Positions 26,601 to 36,533 of a DNA stretch of 64,000 nucleotides are shown one piece after another. The translations under genes were made by a program, and so were the position numbers. Numbering within the stretch: position 1 is the first letter of the stretch; the number at the start of each line of letters is the position of its first letter. The notes beneath the pieces were generated by a model. The model did not search any database. It was not told the DNA's origin and was given only the letters and a program-made list of their open reading frames with translations. Location of the stretch: contig CBFFRQ010000069.1 of the NCBI GenBank assembly GCA_965644315.1, forward strand, positions 930,001 through 994,000, written 5' to 3'. The DNA comes from Caecitellus pseudoparvulus (lineage: Eukaryota > Protista > Bigyra: Bicosoecida).

Positions 26601-29583
26601 CCTGTCGCAGCTTGTCATCCGACAGCCCCATGCGCCAGGTAGGAAATTTGGCATCCTCAATCCAACGCCCGTCCATACCATCTTCGCCGTACAGGAACTG
26701 CACGACCTCGCCCATGGAGTTGCGGACGGTGCCGTCGTACAGCACCGTCAAATCCTCCATCGCCTTCACCAGTCGCCGCTGAATGTAGCCGGTCTCAGCT
26801 GTCTTCACAGCAGTGTCGATGAGGCCTTCCCGACCTCCCATCATGTGGAAGTAGAACTCCTCAGGTGTCAACCCCTTCAAGTATGAGTTCTGCACGAAAC
26901 CTCGGCTCTCAGCGCCGACGTCGAACTTCGTGAAGTGTGGCAGGGTGCGATCTCGAAAGCCAAAGCGAAGGCGGGCACCTTCAACGTTCTGCTGCCCGAC
27001 ACAGGCTATGATCTGGGACACGTTGATCTTTGACCCCTTCGAGCCGGCCTGCATCATTCCCACAATGCTGTTCTTGTCTTCCTCCAGGGCATCTGCAGCC
27101 ACGTCTCCTGCCTGGGCACGAGCATCGTTCAAGCACTGGTTCACCAGCGACTCGAAAGTCTCGTGCATGGACTTGCCTGCCTGGCGCTGCAGGTCGCCCA
27201 GCTGGGCCCGGTGCACCAGGTTGCGCACCGTTTCCTTCGCCTGCCTGATGATGTCTGCAATTTTGTTGAGGATTTCAGAGCTGGCGTCAGTGTCGCCAAT
27301 TCCCACGGTGAAGCCTCGGTGAATGAGCCAGTGGTTGACTGTGCGCTGCAGCGTGTCGATGAAGTCCCTGGCACTCGTGTACCCGACGTCATTGCATACA
27401 ATGTGCACGATGCCCCCCGCGCGTTTCGCGCCAAGTGAAGACTTGTCCAGCTGCCCCGCCACGATGTCGCCATTGTGGATGATGAGCTTCGTGTCGGTAG
27501 GGTGCAGCTTCGAAGCAGGGGGCTCTTCCTTCGGGTGCCCCGTCGAATTGGACGTCAAGTTGATGGGGGGCATGTACATGGACACGACTTGCTTGCCAGT
27601 CCAGTAGCCAACTGGCGGCAGCCGCGCGCCGGAGCTGTCTCGGCCACCTGGCACCATGACGGCTGGCTGGGGAATGCGGCCATCCCAAGACGTGTCCATG
27701 GCCATGATGATGTTGAAGAGGAGGTCCTTCTCAATGAAGGTGTCTCGCTTCGTGATGAGGCGGCTGCCCAGCAACGTGTCCTGCACGATGCCCATGACAG
27801 GCCGGTTGGACTGCGCCGAGACGAGGTTGCGGAACGAGGCCATGAGTTCTTTGGCCTCCACGATGGCGGGGATGGTCTGCAGCGCGTGCATGTTCATCTC
27901 ATCCCCGTCGAAATCGGCGTTGTACGGCGTCGTGCACGTCAAGTTCATGCGGAACGTGGAGTAGTCCAGGACTTTGGCACGGTGACACATGATGGACATC
28001 TTATGCAGGGTGGGCTGGCGGTTAAACAGGACGTAGTCGCCGTCGCGAAGGTGGCGCTCCACAATCCACCCCTCCTGAAGCTGCAGGTCGCTGGTGGCGG
28101 CGACAAAGCGCAGGTCATGGCGGGAGCCGTCACTGTGAATGATATACCGAGCCCCTGGGTGGGTGTCCGGGCCATTCTCAACCAGTTGCTGCAGCTTAGC
28201 TTTGTTGAATCGATGCACTCGCTCTGGAATGGTGAGGGTGCGCGCGATGGAGCGGGGCACGCCCACCTGCTCGATGCTGATGCAGGGGTCGGCGGTAATG
28301 ACTGAGCGGGACGAAAAATCCACACGTTTCCCCATGAGATTGCCGCGCACACGGCCATACTTGCCCACCAGCCGCTCTCGAATGGTCTTCAGTGGCTTGC
28401 CGGAGCGCTGGGAGGCCTGCGGCTGCCCGGCAATCTGATTGTCGATGAGGCAGGCGCAATAGTACTGCAGGAGCTTCTCGTGGGATTGGACGATGGTGGG
28501 TCCAGCTGACGAGCTCTTGGCTTGCCGCAGGGCATCGTTCGCCTTCACGATACTGGCGTAGCAGTGCGTGATGTCATCCTGCGCTCGTGTGAGGGAGTCG
28601 AAGGCGACGCTGGGGCGGATGTGGGGGGGGCCCACGGGGAGGACAGTCCAAATCAGCCACTCAGGCCTTGCAAACACGGGGTCCAGCCCCAGGATGCGGG
28701 CGTTCTCGTCGGAGATCCTGCTGAAGACGTCGTGGCACTCCTCCGGCGTCAAGATGCGCTTGCGGTCGGCCATGCCGCCCATGCCTTCGTCCTCCGCGCC
28801 AGGGGCGTACTCCACCGTGATCTCGTACCCTGTGCGCCTGAACGTGGGCTGGGTATGCTCACAGCCAGGGCCTTGGCCCTTGATGCTTGGGTCTCCGCCC
28901 GAGCCCGGCTCTAGCTGGGGGGCATTCCCCATGCACTTCTTGCCTTTGCACAGAGCCATGATGGCCAGCATGCGCTTCTTGCCCTTCTTCGTGCGGAGAA
29001 TACGCATAACTTCCTTGCTTTGCTGTGGTGGCGAGTGCAGAAGGCCCGTGCGCTGTTCTGGTCGTGACCGCTCGCAGGGAGGTCAGGAAGGGCGGACTCA
29101 CCGTATCGCAGAGCAGGCGAGAGCAGTGCTGGCAGACACACTGCGCAATCTTGTACACCTGGGACAGGAAGCCAATGTGCCAGACAGGAGAGGCCAGCTG
29201 TGCAACAGGGGAGAGGCAGCGTGGAGCTCGCTGTGATAGGCCAATGAAGGTGGCTGTGGACACCCACATCGATGTGCCCAAAGTATCCAGGGTGGTCATC
29301 ATCCGTACCCGGCCCTGTGTCACCCATGGCAGGGTCGGAAAGGCCGCCTTTGATGGGATCTCCCGTCCCAGAGTAGGTCGCGAACTTGGTCACTTCGCAG
29401 ACAGACATGCTTTTCTGCGCAGTGGCCGCAGCAGTCGGGACGCCAAGTGCGGCACTGCACCAGACCAGCACCATGCACGCCAGCGGCTCTCACGATGTCA
29501 TGGGGAGGCATCACACCAAACTGAATGCGCTGCACAGGCCTCATGGGCACTGCTGAGTGTTTGAAGCCAAACACTCCCTCCAT
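23692..29583 (-). CDS. RPB1: DNA-directed RNA polymerase II largest subunit (three 5' introns)
   Basis: NADFDGD active site, GNLMGKRVDFS, TQMTLNTFH and CTD heptads. First exon MEGVFGFKHS...IQFG starts at 29583. Confidence 0.99.
24024..24573 (-). repeat. RPB1 CTD heptad array, about 25 x YSPTSPA (21-bp coding tandem repeat)
   Basis: 21-nt periodic repeat with synonymous variation, in frame within RPB1. Confidence 0.98.
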
Positions 29584-29967
29584 GGCGCACCGGGTGGGGG
29601 TCTGGCCTGCCTGGCGCTGTGCCTGAAAGCCAGCTGGTGCACTGTCAGTGCCGCTGCCGCTGGGCTTGGCAACTGGCGCACGTCAGGAAGCAGCGGGTCC
29701 AGGGCGGCAGCCAGGGTGTGGAGTGGAAGAAGGGGAGAAGGCAGGCCACAGCCAAGGCCTCCGGGGGAGTTTGGTCGGTGGGCGAGAATTGTGCGAGGTC
29801 GTGTGCTGCTCGAAACTCCGCAGGCACAGCGCCAACGCAGCCCGCGACTGCCCCAGGCGCCCATCACTTTCAAAGACCAGCAAGCCCGCACCAAAGCCCC
29901 TGCACGTGTCCTCCCCCAGTGTCGCCCCAGACTCCACCGGACCTGACTCAAGTGTCGCCCTCCAGCC

Positions 29968-31828
29968 ATGGCAGCAGCAGCATCATGCCCTATGGGGGCA
30001 GACTACCGCAAGGGTCGGGAAGACGGCCCCGCGAAGTGCACCTGGTACCCCGGCACGACCGAAGCATCTCCCCATGGCACTGTTCCTGCGTGCGTTGTGC
30101 AGCTGTCTGCTGCGATGCGCGCTTTCAGCTGGGGCGCGTTGCGGTGCGGAACATGCCTCACGGCTCTTTGTGCACAGCGATGACAAGCGGCACACCGTCA
30201 TGGACAGCGCCCTGGACGCGGTGGGGTGGACGCCTCTTGTCAGGCTGAACCGCATCCCTGCAGAGGAGGGCCTTGAGTGTGAGATCCTGGCCAAGTGCGA
30301 GTTCTTCAACGCTGGGGGCTCCGTGAAGGACCGCATCGGCAAGGTAAGTGCAGTGCACTTGAGCTGCACGCCAGGACACCCCCTCACTATCAGCTGCTCA
30401 CCTCGCTGCACAGCGCATGGTTTTGGAAGCCGAGAAGTCAGGGCGCATCAAGCCAGGCGATACATTGATCGAGCCCACCTCTGGCAACACTGGTGCGTCC
30501 CCCCACTGCATTGAAGCGGCTTGCGCCGCTGCCACAGCTTCACGCCCTCTTGCGCAGGCATTGGCATCGCCCTGGCGGCTGCCGTGCGCGGGTACCGCTG
30601 CATCATCACCATGCCTGAGAAGATGTCTCAGGAGAAGGTGGACGTGCTGAAGGCGCTTGGTGCTGAGATCGTGCGCACGCCCACGGAGGCCTCCTTCGAC
30701 TCCCCCGAGTCACACATCTCCGTGGCTCAGCGCCTGAACAAGGAGATCCCCAACTCCCACATCTTGGACCAGTACTCCAACCCCGACAACCCCCTGGCGC
30801 ACTACGAGGGCACGGCTGTGGAGCTCATCGAGCAGGCGGGCGGCCCCGTGGACATGGTGGTGATGGGCACCGGCACTGGTGGCACCCTCACTGGCGTCGC
30901 CCGGCGCTTGAAGGAGGCCTGGCCCAGCGTGAAGATCGTCGGCGTGGACCCCAAGGGTAGCATCCTGGCAGAGCCCGCCTCCCTGAACGAGGAGGGCAAG
31001 CTGGAGCCGTACCTGGTGGAGGGCACCGGGTACGACTTCATCCCCGACGTCCTGGACCGCTCCCTGGTGGACTTCTGGATGAAGACGACTGACGAAGAGT
31101 CCTTCATGGCATCTCGGCGCCTCATCCGCTCCGAGGGCCTGCTGTGTGGTGGCTCCTCCGGCGGCACCCTCTCCGCTGCCATCCGCGCCGCAAAGCAGGC
31201 TGGCCTGAAGAAGGGGGACCGCGTCATCGTCCTCCTCGCCGACTCCATCCGCAACTACCTCTCCAAGTTCGTCAACAACGACTGGATGTGGGGGCACGGC
31301 TTCGTGGACGCGACGCGCGGCATCGGCGCCGCCGACCCGAAGTACACTGGTGACCTCTGGTGGGCCGGCAAGCGCGTGGGGGACCTGTCCTTCTCCACCC
31401 CCTTCACCATCCTGCCGGACGTCTCGTGCGAGGACGCTGTGAAGGTGCTGGCGGGGGAGGGCTTTGACCAGCTGCCGGTCGTCTCCGCCGACAACGAGGT
31501 GCTGGGCGTCGTGACCGAGGGCAACCTGCGGTCCAAGCTCATGCTGTCCCGCCTGCAGCAGAGCGACCCCGTGTCCAAGGCCATGTTCAAGCAGTTCAAG
31601 CGCGTGGCGGCCGACACGCCCCTGCGAGACCTCGCCCGCATCTTCGACTCAGACCACTTCGCCCTCGTCGTCACGTCTCAGCGTGTCTATGGCGGCAAGG
31701 GCGCTGCGGCGGCCACCAAGAGCATCGTCTCAGGCGTCGTCTCCCGCATTGACCTGTTGAAGTTCCTGTCCGAGCACGGGCCCGAGGGGGCGGGTGTCCC
31801 CGTCCCAGCTGCCGCGGCGGAGGAGTAG
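29968..31828 (+). CDS. CBS: Cystathionine beta-synthase with N-terminal heme-binding motif and C-terminal CBS domains
   Basis: KCEFFNAGGSVKDRI (PLP Lys), EPTSGNTG, GTGTGGT, VEGTGYDFIP, DSIRNYLSKF and CBS pair (GFDQLPVV...GVVSRIDLL); three introns, the first at 30090-30177. Confidence 0.96.
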
Positions 31829-31889
31829 GAATGCACGAAGCCGGGCACAAAGCCGGGCACGCCTTTGGCCCCCCTGCACAGGCCTGGCT

Positions 31890-33023
31890 TCATGGGGTGG
31901 AATCCGCCCAAGCGACGGCGCGCTGCATCGCAGCGGTGTGGCCGAGCAGGGCACAGCCCCCGCCCCCATGAACCGCTGCCCACGACCCCTGCTCTGGCCA
32001 GTGCCCTTGCAACTCCGCCACACACTGCAGGAGCTTGGCAGTGTACACTGGGTCAGCTAGAACCCCACACGAGCGGGCCAGTGTGACGGCCCACCTGGCC
32101 ACAGACGCAGGCACGCTGCCGAAAGCGCGCCCTGACGCCGGCCGGTGCGTGAAGACGTTCAGCGCGGAGGCGACGCTGTCAGTGGGGGGAGCGCCTGGTG
32201 CGTGCCAGACCACAGGCCAGCGAGGGGGGCCAACCTCGCGGCTCGCAGCCAGCGCGATTCTCCGCAGGGCGGGGGTGTCGCTGGCCAGCGTGATGCCATG
32301 CAGAGTGGGGGGGGGGGCCGGGCGGCTAGCCAACGCGGCCACCAGGCCCCCCAGGCTGCAGCCCGTGCCGACGTCGAGACAGACATGCGCCCGGCTGCCT
32401 GAAAGCAGGGCCGGTGGAATGCTCTGGACGAGCGATGCTGCGCCTCGGAGGCCCGCGGGCTGCAGGCAGCCCTCCCACACGATGGGCTGGTCTGCCAGCT
32501 GCGGATCGAGACACCCGACGGCCCCGCCCAGCACGCTGGCGGCCTCTCGCGCTACATCCGCGATGAGTGCAGACACTGTGCAGGCAGGGTCTGGTGAGTG
32601 GATGTCGCGGATTCGGGATGGGGGCAGCATCATGTGCAGCAGCAGAGCATTGCCGTGCAGCTGCTTGGGCCGGTGCGTGGAGGTTGCATGCACGATGGCT
32701 TGCTTCCCTGCACAGCGCAGCGCCTGCACAGCCGCCACAACGTTATTCGAGTGCAGACCGCCGACGACATGCCACTCTTGGTGCTGTGACCAGGCAGCTG
32801 AGCGGGCCACCTCTGCGAGCTTCCGGTGCTTGCTGCCTCCAAGCAGGCCACCCACGAAGTCTTCTCTGATCAAGGCCAGCGGGGTTCCTGCAGAGCCCCC
32901 TGCCCAACCCGCACCTAAGTTCTGAATGAAGGACTGAACTTCGTCCCCTGCCCTTGTGTGAATGTGGCCGGGCGGCCACGGGCAAGCCTTCTTGCCCAGT
33001 GAAGCACGCACTGCCGCGAGCAT
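31890..33023 (-). CDS. PLP-dependent D-cysteine desulfhydrase / ACC-deaminase family protein (divergent)
   Basis: IRED...GGSKHRKL (PLP Lys), GGLHSNN, GNALL, DVGTGCS and ADPVYTAK; intronless ORF; ATG at 33023 preferred. Confidence 0.8.
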   Translation of the reverse strand: MLAAVRASLGKKACPWPPGHIHTRAGDEVQSFIQNLGAGWAGGSAGTPLALIREDFVGGLLGGSKHRKLAEVARSAAWSQHQEWHVVGGLHSNNVVAAVQALRCAGKQAIVHATSTHRPKQLHGNALLLHMMLPPSRIRDIHSPDPACTVSALIADVAREAASVLGGAVGCLDPQLADQPIVWEGCLQPAGLRGAASLVQSIPPALLSGSRAHVCLDVGTGCSLGGLVAALASRPAPPPTLHGITLASDTPALRRIALAASREVGPPRWPVVWHAPGAPPTDSVASALNVFTHRPASGRAFGSVPASVARWAVTLARSCGVLADPVYTAKLLQCVAELQGHWPEQGSWAAVHGGGGCALLGHTAAMQRAVAWADSTP

Positions 33024-33323
33024 GCGGAAATTGGTTGCTGAGCCACAGCCACAACGATTCACGCACTGCCGCCGCAGTCAAGAGAATCTAAGGTTCTTCG
33101 AGTTGCGCACAACTTAATTCTATAGTGCGGAAGGTATTGGGTGGGACGCTGTTATGGGGAGCCCTGCCCGCGCTCCTGGTGGCGTGCTAGTTGGGTCGCC
33201 TGTGGTGGGGAATCTGTGCAGCTGGCACTGTCCCGCACCGGGCAAATTCACACAGCCGCCTAACTCGCACCTTGACAACTTGTAGCAACAGTTCTGGAAT
33301 AACATCCGTTCTAGTTGTACGGT
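33024..33323. promoter_or_regulatory. Probable bidirectional promoter between the desulfhydrase-like gene and G6PD-hexokinase
   Basis: 300-bp gap between divergent ATGs with AT-richer patches and a GCGGAAATTG motif at 33024-33033. Confidence 0.5.
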
Positions 33324-36300
33324 ATGGCGGCCACCACGTCGCCAGGGGGCCCTGGGGGCTTTCCCGGTGGGGTGGCCGAGTCTGGAGCAGCAGACCACCT
33401 GACTGCCATTCCTGACACAGACACCTTGTCCATTTTCGTCATCGGCGCGAGCGGAGACCTAGCCAAGAAGAAGACCTTCCCTGCCATCTTTGAGCTGTTC
33501 CAGAATGGCTTCCTGCCCTCCAAGGTGGCTGTCGTGGGCTACTCGCGAAGCTCCATCAGCGACGCGGACTTCCGTGAGCACATTGCAGGGCACTTGACGG
33601 GCGACGCTGAGGACAAGGCAGCCTTCCTGCAGAAGTGCTTCTACCGGAACGGCCAGTATGATTCAGAAGAAGGTTTTGCTACCGCTGTTGCCTTTGCCAA
33701 GGAGATGGAAGCCCCGGAAGGGGCAGGCAGCGCCCATAGGTGCGTGGTGTGGCGCTGGTGGTGCTGCAGTGCAGCAGCTGTGCTCCTGCGCAACCACGCC
33801 GACACGCACCCCGCGCGCGCAGGCTGTTTTACTTCGCCATCCCTCCCTCTGTCTTTGCCCCCATCTCGTCTGTCATCCATGCGGTTGGCCTGGAGTGCTC
33901 TGGCTGGTCCCGCGTTGTTGTGGAGAAGCCCTTTGGCAGGGACAGTGAGACTTCAGCTGAGCTGTCTGCCCAGCTGGCCAAGCACTTCAGTGAAGACCAA
34001 GTGTACCGCATTGATCATTACCTTGGCAAGGAGATGGTGCAGAACCTCATGGTGCTGCGCTTTGCCAATGCCGTCTTTGAGCCGGTGTGGAATCGCCACC
34101 ACATCAACACTGTCACCATCACCTTCAAGGAGCCTTTTGGCACGGAAGGCAGGGGAGGGTACTTTGACAAGGTGGGCATCCTCCGAGACGTCATGCAGAA
34201 TCACTTGCTGCAGGTCATGTCCCTCGTGGCCATGGAGACGCCCGTGTCCCTGGACGCAGAGGCGGTGCGGGACGAGAAGGTCAAGGTGCTGCGGTGCGTG
34301 CCCCCCCTGGACCTGGCCAATGTGGTCCTGGGTCAGTATGGCGCGAATGCCGTTGGCACCAAGCCTGCGTACACCCACGATGCGGGGGTGCCAGATGACT
34401 CCGTCACACCCACCTTCGCTACCGCTGTGCTGAGCGTGAACAATCCCAGGTGGACCGGCGTTCCCTTCATTCTCAAGTGTGGCAAGGCTCTGAACGAGCG
34501 CAAGGCTGAGATCCGCATCCAGTTCAAGCAGCCACCCAACACCCTGTTTGGGTCCATGTCTGGCACCTCTGACAGGTGGGCCCACAACAATGAGCTGGTC
34601 ATCCGCATCCAGCCAAACGAAGCAGTGTACCTGAAGGTCATGTGCAAAATGCCTGGCTTGACTGGCTCCCCGGTAGAGACAGAGCTGAACCTGTCCTTCC
34701 GCTCCCGGTACCCCACGCGGTCTCTGCCAGACGCATACACCCGCCTGCTCCTGGACGTCTTGCGGGGTGACCACTCGCAGTTCGTGCGGAGTGACGAGCT
34801 GGCAGCAGCTTGGAACATCTTCACTCCCCTCCTGCACGAAGTGGAGAGCAAGCGCATTCCACCATTTGTGTACCCGTATGGGTCCCGTGGCCCGCCTGCT
34901 AGCGACAGCCTCATCCGCTCCAAGGGGTACCGGTACGAAGGGTCGTACTCAGGTGCCTGGCGTGCACTGTCTGCCCCTGAGTCTGCAAAGGAAGCGCTCA
35001 TGAGCGTCCACAATGAGTTCAGCCTTCCCACACAGCGCCTGGTGCAGTTGCTGCACAACTTCCGGGAGGAGATGCACGCTGGACTGGCAGGCATGCCGTC
35101 CACGATCAGCATGATCCCCACCTTCATCACGCAACTTCCCAGTGGCGAGGAGACGGGCGAGGTGTGGGCCGTGGACATGGGCGGCACCAACCTCCGCATC
35201 ATCCAATTCCGCATGCTTGGGCGAGGCCGCGTGGAGCAGGTAAAGGTGCACCGCCACACCATTCACAAATCCCTGCAGGAGGGGCCTGGCGTGGACCTCT
35301 TCGCATTCGTTGCCGAAAGCATCCTGGCTGCTGAGGTGCCACCTGACGCCACCCTCGGCTTCACATTCTCCTTCCCTGTGCAGCAGCTGAGCCTGGCTCG
35401 GGGGCGCCTCATGTCCTGGACGAAAGGCTTCTGCGCCTCAGGCGTGGAGGGCATGGAGGTGACGGGACTGCTGGAGCAGGCCCTCGCCGACGTGGGGCTA
35501 GGAGGTGTCAACGTCATCGCACTCGTCAACGACACAGCAGGCACCCTCATGGCACAGCGGTACCGGGACAGCTCCTGCGGCATCGGCGTCATCATTGGCA
35601 CTGGGACGAACGCGGCGTACGTCGAGCACATCGCGAACATTCCCAAGTGGACAGGCGGTGGGGCGGGACCCATGGTCATCAACATGGAGTGGGGTGCCTT
35701 CGGCTCTGGCTCAGGCGGCCGTGCCCTGCTGCCCCTCACTGACATAGACCACCGCGTGGACTCCACGACCCCCAACCCGGGCAAGCAACGCTTTGAAAAG
35801 ATGATCTCGGGGCAGTACCTGGGGGAGCTGATGCGTGTCATTTTGGAAGACCTCCGGGCTGCGGGGCTGCTGTTCGTGCCAGAGCACATCCGCAAAGCCC
35901 GCGCAGCTGCTTCCAAGGGAACTCTCACTTCAGGTTCGTCTGCTGCCGACGTCGCGGCAGCGGTCAGTGGGCCGGGTGCCGCTGCTGTGGATGCGAGTGT
36001 CCGGCTTGGAGATGATGACGTCGTGCCACTGGACTCCCCTCTGCGTGAGCCATGGCGCCTGGGCACGGACATCGTGTCTGCTGTGGAGGCCGATGATACA
36101 GCCACACTGGAAGTCATCCAAGACCTGTTGAAGAAGCACCTGGGCCTGCGTAACAGCACCGTGGAAGACAGGCGTATCGTGAAGGACGTGGGCACGCTCG
36201 TTGCTCAGCGTGCTGCACGTTTGGCAGCTGTCGGCATCGCTGCCGTGGCCATGCAAATGGGCGAGGGCTCTTTGGCGCGGCAGGTGTCGGCTGGCATTGA

Positions 36301-36514
36301 CGGCAGTGTATTCGAAAAGCACCCGTGCTTCAAGCACTGGATTGAGGATGCCCTTACTGAGCTGGGCGTCTCGTGCGACATCCAGCACTCTCCCGATGGC
36401 AGTGGCCTGGGAGCAGCCATCGTGGCTGCAGCTGCTGCGAAGGCCGCCGCCACAACGGAGGCAGCCGTCGCTGCTGCTGCTGCTGCCTCCGAGGCCCCCG
36501 CCTCAGGCAAGTGA
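33324..36514 (+). CDS. Bifunctional glucose-6-phosphate dehydrogenase-hexokinase fusion (one intron, 33740-33822)
   Basis: G6PD motifs GASGDLAKKK, YRIDHYLGKE, RGGYFD..ILRDVMQNHL and YPYGSRGP run in frame into hexokinase motifs DMGGTNLR, LGFTFSFP, WTKGF, VNDT, GTGTN, INMEWG, FEKMISG.YLGE, DGSV and DGSGLGAA. Confidence 0.95.
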
Positions 36515-36533
36515 TGCAATGCAAGCTGCCCTG

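Noticed and set aside
31838-31860. Short direct repeat AAGCCGGGCAC x2 after the CBS stop
   Set aside because: Only two short copies; no evidence of function.
33315-34433. 372-aa ORF suggesting a frameshifted or pseudogenised G6PD
   Set aside because: Explained by the GT-AG intron at 33740-33822, which restores HRLFYF in frame.
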